Shown: piece by piece, positions 56,165 to 64,000 of the stretch
Layout of the letters: every line of letters begins with the position of its first letter
Numbering within the stretch: position 1 is the stretch's first letter
From: an uncultured candidate division Zixibacteria bacterium
GTDB taxonomy: Bacteria; Zixibacteria; MSB-5A5; GN15; FEB-12
Reading direction: 5' to 3'
Assembly: GCA_963806185.1 (NCBI GenBank)
Contig: CAWDXE010000003.1
Location: forward strand, 128,001-192,000
Length of the DNA: 64,000 nt
Translations under genes and position numbers: made by a program
The notes under the pieces: generated by a model
Told to the model about the DNA's origin: nothing
What the model saw: only the letters and a program-made list of their open reading frames with translations
Database searches by the model: none

Positions 56165-58111
56165 TCAGTAGAGGTGCGCGACGGTGCGAACCGAAATCGT
56201 ACGGCCCACGGACGGATAGTCGCCATCGGTCAGGCTGAAGCCGAACTGATCCGGTCGTCGCTGATCGGTAATATCGGACAAGATCAACGCGACCGTCATG
56301 TATTTGATCACGGCGGCAGACACGGAGCCACCCAATTCGTACACCGATGAGATGATTTTGGTATCGTTCGACATTTGAATGGTGCGTCGACCGGTGTAAG
56401 TGAGACCGGCGCTGAACTCAACGCGCGGTTGAGCCTGCCACGCGGCGTCAAGCCGCCATTTCAGTTTGGGAATGTAGAAAGCGGACACATCGTCACTAGT
56501 GCCGGCCGACTGCCGCGCCGACTGCCAAACGCCCGACCACGACAGATGCCAGTACGAGGTCGGGCTGCAAACGGCGCTAAAATCGACGCCGGTGGAGTGC
56601 ATGCGATCGACATTGGTAGGCACGTATTTATACGAGTTGGCGTCGAAGACGTATTGAATGAGCGAACTGACGGTACGATAGAACAGCGTGACGTCGCCAT
56701 GTCCCCATTGGTGGTCGGGAGCGACAGACAGTGTGGCAGCGAGTGCGCGGGACGTTTCGGGTTGAAGGTCGGGGTTGCCCTGGGTATAGGGGCCGGTCAC
56801 AAATTGATCAGCGATCGAAGGCAGACGGAAGGCGTAGCCGTAGGCGATTCTCAACGTGAGATCGTGCAGAGGGCCGAGGATCACGCCGAGATCGTACGAC
56901 GGCTGCGTCTCGCGGTCTTTGACCAACTGGAGTCGGCCGCTAAGATCGAAAGACATCTGTTGAGTCGCCGCGAGGTTGGCGGCACTCCACACATCTATCT
57001 GCTCCTGTTGTTTCTCCCACGAGCTTGCTGAGACGCCGTAATCGCTGGAGTCGTACGATGATTCGCGCACGGATCCGGAGAGAAAGTCAACGCCCGACGA
57101 AAACGAGTGCCGGTCAATCAGGCGTTGCAGTCGTGCACCGAAGCCGGACGAGCGATGCCGGGACTTCGATTCGGTGAGACTCGCGAGAGTGTACTCGGCA
57201 AAGTAGTTCACTTCCTTGCGCTCCCAGAAGCCGTCGACTTGCGCGGAGAATGTCGTCGTCAGATTGTACCGGTACTGGGCATCAACGGCGTACTTCCGAT
57301 CTGTTTGGTGATCAAATAGACTGCTTGATTCGGCATTACCCACGTCGGGGATCATAGCCGGGTTAGGGAGCGGACCCGGAATTCCGACGGAATCATCGAG
57401 CAGTCGACCGCTCAGGCGCAGCATATGGCGGCCGTCAGCAGAGAGATAATCGCTTCGCAATCCGGCAATGAGCCGCTCGGCCCCTGCGTTGGCTCGCCGA
57501 TTGTCGCTTGACGCCAAATCGGCAAAGCCGCCGACGCCGGCAGTTCCAAGGTTCTTCGCGACGTCCACACGGAATTGGCGGGTATTAAGAGAGCCGAAGC
57601 GGGTGGCGACATTCAGACGATCGAGCAGGGTCGACGGCGTGATGAGATTGATGACGCCCGCGACGGCGTCCGAGCCGTAAAAGGCGGATTGCGGCCCCTT
57701 TAGAAATTCGACGCGGGAGAATTCATCGGCGCTGTAATCCCCCAGATTGAAGCCGCCGAGCGAATAGTCACGAACCGGTCGACCGTCGTAGAGCAGCAGC
57801 ACATGGCGGGCAAGCGCACCCCAACTGGAGAGTGTCGCCAACGATCCAAGACCGGAATAGTTGCGGATATCCGCGCCCCCGACACCATCGATCGCCTGAT
57901 CGAGACTTGGAGCGACTGACAGGCGTGCTTCGGTGACGATCCTGGCCGGCCAGATTGTTTTCTCGACTGGCAAGCCGAAGCGATTCGCCGTGACGACAAT
58001 CGTGTCGGGGAGTTGGTACACCGATGAATCGGTGGAGCTGGGGGTGATCGCCTGGGGTCCCGTCGCACCCAGAAGAAGCCCGGCCAGCGCGCAAAAGAAA
58101 ACGCGCTTCAT
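56165..58111 (-). CDS. btuB: TonB-dependent receptor, BtuB-like (cobalamin)
   Basis: TonB box DTIVVTANR, plug VLLLYDG, RVEFLKGPQSAFYGSDAVAGVINLIT, GNPDLQPETS; lies under a cobalamin riboswitch. Confidence 0.85.
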   Translation of the reverse strand: MKRVFFCALAGLLLGATGPQAITPSSTDSSVYQLPDTIVVTANRFGLPVEKTIWPARIVTEARLSVAPSLDQAIDGVGGADIRNYSGLGSLATLSSWGALARHVLLLYDGRPVRDYSLGGFNLGDYSADEFSRVEFLKGPQSAFYGSDAVAGVINLITPSTLLDRLNVATRFGSLNTRQFRVDVAKNLGTAGVGGFADLASSDNRRANAGAERLIAGLRSDYLSADGRHMLRLSGRLLDDSVGIPGPLPNPAMIPDVGNAESSSLFDHQTDRKYAVDAQYRYNLTTTFSAQVDGFWERKEVNYFAEYTLASLTESKSRHRSSGFGARLQRLIDRHSFSSGVDFLSGSVRESSYDSSDYGVSASSWEKQQEQIDVWSAANLAATQQMSFDLSGRLQLVKDRETQPSYDLGVILGPLHDLTLRIAYGYAFRLPSIADQFVTGPYTQGNPDLQPETSRALAATLSVAPDHQWGHGDVTLFYRTVSSLIQYVFDANSYKYVPTNVDRMHSTGVDFSAVCSPTSYWHLSWSGVWQSARQSAGTSDDVSAFYIPKLKWRLDAAWQAQPRVEFSAGLTYTGRRTIQMSNDTKIISSVYELGGSVSAAVIKYMTVALILSDITDQRRPDQFGFSLTDGDYPSVGRTISVRTVAHLY

Positions 58112-58194
58112 AGAAGCCTCCGTTACGGCCGCCAGTCGCGCGAACAGTATCGCGTTGTCAGCCCGCGCCGACAGCCGATCGAATGATGATGTTA

Positions 58195-58355
58195 CGGCAG
58201 GTCTCCTGGCTTAGGCATCGACCCTGACCGAGCGCCTTCCCCGGTTGCCCGAGTGGCATCTGGCTCTGTCAGTAGCCCTTACAGTAGCGGGGCTGCGACG
58301 GCTTTGCACCGTCTTCCCTATTATCCGTCCCGCTGGACGGCACCGCAACTTTGTC
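58195..58355 (-). ncRNA. Cobalamin (B12) riboswitch
   Basis: Minus strand GGTGC...AATAGGGAAGACGGTGCAAAGCCGTCGCAGCCCCGCTACTGTAA...GCCACT...GGGAAGG...AAGCCAGGAGACCTGCC (B12 box). Confidence 0.95.
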
Positions 58356-58500
58356 GATAATAATCTGTGTGGTATGAGCGTATCTGTCAAGCGATACCGC
58401 ACACAAAGTGACTGCGCACGAAAAACAAATAAACGTTGCATCCCTCTCGAGCCGTCTATTATGATGAATCCGTAGTCCAATCCAGTCCGGGAGACATACC

Positions 58501-59790
58501 ATGAAACAGGTCTTATTCTTACTTTGTGTGCTCGCAGTCACGTTTGCGGGCTGCGCCGAGGAAGCGGTCACGCCGCCGCCGACTGCGCCAATAGTCGAAC
58601 CGCCGCTTCGTACAGTGAGTGAATTGACCACCGATGAATCGGGCTTGGTGGATGCCGCCAACAAGTTCGGATTCGATCTATTCCAGAGAATCATTGCAGC
58701 GGAGCCGGTGGACAAGAATGTGTTTATCTCCCCCCTGTCGGCGTCATATGCGCTGGCGATGGCCTACAACGGGGCCGATGGAACAACGCGTGAAGCTATG
58801 GCTCAGACCCTGCGGATAAACGGCATGGATGTCAAGGCAGCCAACATTGCCTACCAGCAGCTGACTCGAATTCTCATGAATACCGATTCGACGGTGAGTT
58901 TCTCCATTGCGAATGCGATCTGGTATCGATTGGGGACACCCGTAAATCCAGCTTACGTCACGACGATGGAATCATTCTTCCGGGCGAGGGTGACGGGACT
59001 CGATTTTGCGCTACCGGCGGCGGCGGACACAATCAACAATTGGGCGAGCAAAGAGACCAACGGGAAGATTACCAAAGTGGTCGAGCCGCCGCTCGATCCG
59101 AACATCGTTTTCATGCTGATGAATGCGATTTATTTCAAGGGAGCGTGGACCTATCCATTTGACGAGAAAGAGACGGTACCATGGTGGTTCGCGACGGAGA
59201 CCGGCGATACAGTCAGCACGTCCCTGATGCGAAAGCACGGACAAGTCGACTGGCAACTCTTCCCGGGGTCGGGAGCGGACTTGCTGTCACTGGAGAATGA
59301 CACGTTATCCATGATTTCTCTCCCCTATGGTCAGAAGAATTTTCAGATGGCGGTTATCTGTCCCGATTCCAGTATCACCTCAGCCGAATTGATCCAGCTC
59401 ATGACGCCGGAGAAGTGGCAGCAATGGCTTACTCTCCTGCATGGAGGCGACTTTTCGCTGGTCATGCCGAAATTCCGTGTCAAGTATGATATCATGATGA
59501 ATGATATGCTGAAGGCCATGGGCATGGACATTGCGTTTGGTGGGGGCGCGGATTTTAGCAACCTGACCACAACGCCTGCTTCATTCTTTATCAGTGCAGT
59601 GAAGCAAGATGCCTTTGTGCAGGTCGACGAAAAAGGGACAGAGGCGGCGGCTGTGACGACCGTAATCATTTCCACGGGGCTTCCGCCGCAGATTATCTGC
59701 AACCGCCCGTTCGTCTATGTCATTTATGAGAAAACATCAGGAGCAATCCTCTTTATGGGTCGGCTGGGGCGGCCGGAGTGGGAAGAGTAG
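58501..59790 (+). CDS. Serpin family lipoprotein
   Basis: Lipobox FAGC; N.FGFDLF, NVFISPLS, IN.W....T.GKI, NAIYFKG.W, VDEKGTEAAAVT, NRPF.Y.I, ILFMG. Confidence 0.95.
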   Translation: MKQVLFLLCVLAVTFAGCAEEAVTPPPTAPIVEPPLRTVSELTTDESGLVDAANKFGFDLFQRIIAAEPVDKNVFISPLSASYALAMAYNGADGTTREAMAQTLRINGMDVKAANIAYQQLTRILMNTDSTVSFSIANAIWYRLGTPVNPAYVTTMESFFRARVTGLDFALPAAADTINNWASKETNGKITKVVEPPLDPNIVFMLMNAIYFKGAWTYPFDEKETVPWWFATETGDTVSTSLMRKHGQVDWQLFPGSGADLLSLENDTLSMISLPYGQKNFQMAVICPDSSITSAELIQLMTPEKWQQWLTLLHGGDFSLVMPKFRVKYDIMMNDMLKAMGMDIAFGGGADFSNLTTTPASFFISAVKQDAFVQVDEKGTEAAAVTTVIISTGLPPQIICNRPFVYVIYEKTSGAILFMGRLGRPEWEE

Positions 59791-59857
59791 CGACGAGTGG
59801 CCAACCGAGTTGGTTCAAGAATCAATTGCATGAATCTAACCCGAATCACCTCGGCCG

Positions 59858-60397
59858 TTAATTCGCTCTCCCGAAGCGAAAGCACGCCAGCGCGCCGAAC
59901 ACATTCTCCTCGCGATTGAGATTCCCGAACACGGTCACCCCCACGCGCCAAAAATAGACTTGCGACTGCACTGCCAGTCCGACCTCGGACCCCGTCGACT
60001 TGTCGTCCGCCGATAACACGTCGCCAAACAGCGTATGACGCATCGAATACTTCACGCGGGAGATACGGATTGTACTGATCCCGCCCTCAATGGTCGCCGA
60101 TACCTTATCATCCGAGTATCGGGTTGAGAAACCCATCATCAGTGCGAATTCCTCAGTGTGATCGGTGAACCACGACATCGACTTGTCGTTCGATTCTGTC
60201 ATTACTCCCCTGGCCGATACGACATAGCCCTGAAATTTATAGGACAGATTCAGCCCTACAGCGAGACGGCCGCTGCCTGTTCCTATACCCCCGCTGCCGT
60301 AAAGACCGTCGATCGCGCCGGCGGTCATCGCCGTGACCAGCACCAGGACAAGTACGGTTCCCGTCACACGCACAGTTGAGACTACCCTGGAAATCAC
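59858..60397 (-). CDS. Hypothetical small outer-membrane beta-barrel protein
   Basis: AGGAGG RBS with GTG start, signal peptide, alternating beta-strand pattern. Confidence 0.6.
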   Translation of the reverse strand: MISRVVSTVRVTGTVLVLVLVTAMTAGAIDGLYGSGGIGTGSGRLAVGLNLSYKFQGYVVSARGVMTESNDKSMSWFTDHTEEFALMMGFSTRYSDDKVSATIEGGISTIRISRVKYSMRHTLFGDVLSADDKSTGSEVGLAVQSQVYFWRVGVTVFGNLNREENVFGALACFRFGRAN

Positions 60398-60483
60398 GGG
60401 TTAACCTCCTGTAAGTTGAATGACTAACCGAAAATACAAAAAGACTGTTCGGAGATAAACAGGCAAATCATTCGACTATGGGA

Positions 60484-61146
60484 CTATTCCTGCCACACAA
60501 ACCGGAACAGCAGATACGAGACGGTGATCATAATCACCGGATAGGCGACCAGAAACGGCAATAGGGCCGACAGGTCGGCAAAGGTGCGGCCGTCCAACAC
60601 CTTGTCGGTCACATTCACCAGCGCCAGCAAGAGCGGCACCATCACCGGGAACGACAAGACGGCGAACAGCGCCCCTTTGATAGCAGCTTTCGCAATTATT
60701 GCCGCCACCAGCGTAGTCGCGCTGCACAATCCAAACACACCAAACACCAGTACGAGCACGAAGGTCGGCCAGTTGGCGTCGGGTGCATTCAGAAACATGA
60801 AGAAAAAGGGAGTAATGACGATTGTGATGACGGTCAGCAACGTGAGATTGAACAGAAGTTTGCCGACATAGACCGCCTCCGGATCGGCGGTCAGCTTGAG
60901 AATAAGGGCCGTCCCGGCTTCTTCCTCGCGCACGAAGACCTGCGCCAAACCGGCGGTGGAAGCAAAGAACATAACGATCCAGAAGAGGGCCGCCAGGAGG
61001 TTTGACGGAAGGTTGGCGGCACCGAGCGAAATGGACACCATCACCAGCGTCGTGATGCCGAACATGAGAATGGTATTGAGCGCGTATTTGGAACGCAGCT
61101 CAAGTCGCATATCCTTGGCGTAGACAGCGAAGGCTCTACTGAGCAA
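60484..61146 (-). CDS. ccmB: Heme exporter protein CcmB (start uncertain; ORF extends to 61197)
   Basis: KD.RLELR, ALFW..., F.REEEAGT, GKL, L.FP..VP.L; follows ccmA. Confidence 0.88.
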   Translation of the reverse strand: MLSRAFAVYAKDMRLELRSKYALNTILMFGITTLVMVSISLGAANLPSNLLAALFWIVMFFASTAGLAQVFVREEEAGTALILKLTADPEAVYVGKLLFNLTLLTVITIVITPFFFMFLNAPDANWPTFVLVLVFGVFGLCSATTLVAAIIAKAAIKGALFAVLSFPVMVPLLLALVNVTDKVLDGRTFADLSALLPFLVAYPVIMITVSYLLFRFVWQE

Positions 61147-61753
61147 TTTCGCATCGCTTTGAGGCAAGGGCGTACTCTTCCTTTTCGTTGGTGGCAATCA
61201 CGACGATGGCCTTCTGACGGTACTCGTTGATCAGATCAAAGACCATCTGTTTGCCGACATCATCCAGATTCGCGGTTGGTTCGTCGAGAAACAGATACGC
61301 CGGACACTTCAACAGGGCGACGGCGTACTTAAGACGTTGCTTCATTCCCGAGGAGTAGGAACCGACCAGGTCGGCGCCTCGGCCCTCGAGCCCTACACGT
61401 ACCAGCAGGCTGTTAATCTCCTTGCCGGTTGTATGGCTGCCGTGAACGGATGAAAAGAACACCAGATTCTCTTCGGCGGTCAGTGTGTCGTAGAGATTGA
61501 TATAGGGCGCGACAAGTGAGGTTCTGCGGCGGACGGCATCTTCGTCGAGTTTCACCTCGTTTTCCTCGTACGTGATCGCACCATTGCTGGGGCGGTAGCC
61601 GCCCAAAAGCGTCATGACGAGCGTCGTCTTACCCGAACCGTTTCGGCCGACCACGGCGAGCGATTCGCCGGTGGCCAGATCAAACGCGATGTCACTGAAC
61701 ACTTTGCGGGAGCCGAATCGCTTGGCCAGTTTCTCGACGCGCAGGTGAAACAT
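61136..61753 (-). CDS. ccmA: Heme ABC exporter ATP-binding protein CcmA
   Basis: GRNGSGKTT, LY..LTAEENL.F, YSSGMKQRL, LDEPTANLD; adjacent to ccmB. Confidence 0.85.
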   Translation of the reverse strand: MFHLRVEKLAKRFGSRKVFSDIAFDLATGESLAVVGRNGSGKTTLVMTLLGGYRPSNGAITYEENEVKLDEDAVRRRTSLVAPYINLYDTLTAEENLVFFSSVHGSHTTGKEINSLLVRVGLEGRGADLVGSYSSGMKQRLKYAVALLKCPAYLFLDEPTANLDDVGKQMVFDLINEYRQKAIVVIATNEKEEYALASKRCEIAQ

Positions 61754-61786
61754 AGGCTGGAATTAACCACTCGGGGGCGGAAAAGC

Positions 61787-61822
61787 AAAAGAAAAAACCG
61801 CCCATCAGGAGATTGGCGGCTG
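61787..61822 (-). terminator. Intrinsic terminator after the DUF1573 gene
   Basis: CCGCCAATC-TCCT-GATGGGCGG followed by TTTTTTCTTTT on the minus strand. Confidence 0.8.
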
Positions 61823-61843
61823 AACGCGCAGGTTAGATTGTGG

Positions 61844-62575
61844 TCACTTCTTGCCGCTTGATCGCGTGACCGCGCTCTTTTCGTCCGCCTTGTATATGCG
61901 GGTAACAGGCACCGTGTAGCGAGGGTAGCCGTCGGCCGCGACCTCGAAGGTAAACGACTCACCAAAGCTGCTGGTGACCTTTTCCCTACGAACCATGATC
62001 GTGACCTCGATGGAATCGTTCGCCTTGATCGACTTGGGCATCTCAACCGTAAAGCTCTTGTTGAGGGTATCGACGATGGCGATATCATACGGCTGGGCGG
62101 TTGGATTGTGGATCATGAACCTTGCGCGTCGCCGAGGTTTTTCTCCGAACTGAGATACGTCGATCTTGGCCGGACTCAGCGTAAGTGGTTTCATCGACTG
62201 CGGATCATCAGTCACGCTTGCATAGAACTTGAGGACAAACGGCTTCGACTCGGCGTTGGTGAAGAACTCCGGTCGCTTTTCAATATTCCCCGAGAGGCGG
62301 CGTGTCCGAAGGACAATCTCAACAGTCGTGCTTTCGCCCGGGTTGAGGACCGAATCGCGCAGGGGAATCTCGGTGCAACTGCAGCCGGGATCGATGCTGA
62401 TGATTTTCAGTGGCTTATCCCCAACCGACTTGATCCAGAAACTGTGATTGATATTGGGGCCCTCGGCGACCTGGCCGAAATTGTGCGTATCGTTAAGAAT
62501 CTTCACTTTGGGCTGAGCGATTGCGACACCAACCATCATCAGTATTGCAGCGGGTACTAGCAGGGTAGAGCGCAT
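61844..62575 (-). CDS. DUF1573 domain exported protein
   Basis: HNFG.V..G....HSF.IKSVGDKPL.I..I.PGCSCT...L.PGES. Confidence 0.85.
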   Translation of the reverse strand: MRSTLLVPAAILMMVGVAIAQPKVKILNDTHNFGQVAEGPNINHSFWIKSVGDKPLKIISIDPGCSCTEIPLRDSVLNPGESTTVEIVLRTRRLSGNIEKRPEFFTNAESKPFVLKFYASVTDDPQSMKPLTLSPAKIDVSQFGEKPRRRARFMIHNPTAQPYDIAIVDTLNKSFTVEMPKSIKANDSIEVTIMVRREKVTSSFGESFTFEVAADGYPRYTVPVTRIYKADEKSAVTRSSGKK

Positions 62576-62594
62576 GGAGTGACCTCGCGGACCA

Positions 62595-63356
62595 TCAGGA
62601 AATCACATTGAACATTCGATCCCAACGGACCTTCTCAAAAAAGTGCACGACGTTAAATAGAAAGAGGCGGGGGACAGAGAGCGGATCGGTGAGTTTCACA
62701 TCAGGCGACGGACTGGCTGATTCATCCCATGACCAGTGAATGACCATCGCTTCGCCGAGGATCAATTCCTTGCGCACCGATTGCCAATAGCGGGAGTCAT
62801 AGGAGTTGTCCCGGTTGTCGCCCATCATGAAGTAGCTGTCGCGGGGGACAATATATGGGCCAAAATTATCCCGGCTGGAGGCGCCGGCAACTCTGGGCTG
62901 GATCACCTGTCGGCCGTCAACAGTCGTGTCAATGAACTTGGAGTGAGGCGGATTCTCAAATTTTACCCCGTTCACATACAAAACCTTATCTACAATGAGG
63001 ATCGTATCGCCCGGAGTCCCGATGCACCGCTTGATATACTTTGTAATGCCGTCGCCAGGCCAAGTGAAGATCACGACCTCGCCGCGCTTCGGCTCATGGA
63101 AGGCCGGAAGGCGCCAGTTAGTCAGTGGGATTTGCGCACCGTAGATGAACTTATTGGCCAGCAAAAAGTCGCCCACCAGAAGGGTGTCTTCCATCGACGA
63201 AGTGGGAATTTTATACGCCTCAACAATTGACGTCTTGATGATGAGGGCGAGGACAACGGCAATCCCGATCTGTTTGACATTGGTCCAGAACGACTCACCG
63301 GACTGGGTGATGGGTTTGGCCTTACCGCGACTGAGGGAAGTTTCACTTTTCGTCAT
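62595..63356 (-). CDS. lepB: Signal peptidase I
   Basis: IPTSSMEDTLLVGD, YIKRCIG.PGD, YFMMGDNRDNSYDSRYW. Confidence 0.96.
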   Translation of the reverse strand: MTKSETSLSRGKAKPITQSGESFWTNVKQIGIAVVLALIIKTSIVEAYKIPTSSMEDTLLVGDFLLANKFIYGAQIPLTNWRLPAFHEPKRGEVVIFTWPGDGITKYIKRCIGTPGDTILIVDKVLYVNGVKFENPPHSKFIDTTVDGRQVIQPRVAGASSRDNFGPYIVPRDSYFMMGDNRDNSYDSRYWQSVRKELILGEAMVIHWSWDESASPSPDVKLTDPLSVPRLFLFNVVHFFEKVRWDRMFNVIS

Positions 63357-63430
63357 AGCGTATCTTATGGTTGTACGTCCATGTAGACCGATTAGTTTCG
63401 GGGTCCCGGAGGTTTCACTAACCGGTTGTC

Positions 63431-64000
63431 TTAGAATCCCTTGAACACTCTCACGATGTCATTATAGGTGACAAATACGATGAGCGCCAGAAGAAAGACC
63501 AGGCCGACCTGTTGTGCCACGGCGCGAGCCTTACGCGAAACCGGTGACCCCTTGATGGCCTCCACGGCGAGAAAGAGAAGGTGCCCCCCGTCGAGCACAG
63601 GAATAGGCAATACATTCAATACCGCCAGATTGACGGATAACAGGGCCATGAAGAAAAACAGATTGGGCAGTCCCTTGCGAGCCTCTTCCCCGGATTGCCG
63701 GGCAATAAAGAGCGGGCCCCCGATCATTTTTGTCGAGACCTGGCCGGTGACGAGCTGCTTGAGAAATTTCCCGGTCTCCCAGACTATGATGTGGGCGGTG
63801 ACGAACCCTTTTTGCACCGAACCGGCAAAGCCGTAGCTGTCGTACCCGACGATCTTCTGCGCGAAACCGATGACGCCGACAGAGTCGAGTTTCCCGTCGG
63901 CCGTCGAAATCGGTCTGACCTTGGTCGTGATATTCTTGGTAATGGTATCGGCACCGCGCACCCAGGAAAGATCGAGGGCTTCGTTATACCGTTTATTGAT
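63431..64000 (-). CDS. rseP: RIP metalloprotease RseP (5' part outside the window)
   Basis: GGPLFIA, LSVNLAVLNVLPIPVLDGGH, YNDI. Confidence 0.92.
   Translation of the reverse strand: MNKRYNEALDLSWVRGADTITKNITTKVRPISTADGKLDSVGVIGFAQKIVGYDSYGFAGSVQKGFVTAHIIVWETGKFLKQLVTGQVSTKMIGGPLFIARQSGEEARKGLPNLFFFMALLSVNLAVLNVLPIPVLDGGHLLFLAVEAIKGSPVSRKARAVAQQVGLVFLLALIVFVTYNDIVRVFKGF

Overview
GC-rich bacterial chromosomal segment, mostly housekeeping genes on the minus strand: radA, mlaEF, dnaB, udg, coaBC, purHCN, gatAB, comM, gcvT, fba, acnA, ispE-tRNA-Gln-prs-rplY, rlmD, ccmAB, lepB and rseP. Gene content (PorV-like barrel, comB-gcvT, DUF3276, BatA/VWA, many lipoproteins) suggests an FCB-group diderm, possibly Zixibacteria; this is inference only. 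Eight single-base +1 frameshifts in five core genes point to an uncorrected long-read assembly. No phage, IS transposase, CRISPR array or rRNA was seen. Best candidates for new biology: (i) a three-gene operon encoding a CxxCH-bearing beta-barrel with a Cyc2-like layout, a Calx-beta/cytochrome c lipoprotein and a YceI protein (6706-9133); (ii) a -1 frame junction at an A10G slippery site exactly between the CoaC and CoaB domains; (iii) a sigma54-controlled envelope/glycan locus with two -24/-12 promoters, an IHF-like site, candidate enhancers and its own NtrC-type activator; (iv) an ECF sigma cluster with no obvious anti-sigma, next to an unannotated 51-aa ORF and a structured intergenic region. 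A cobalamin riboswitch precedes a BtuB-like receptor.
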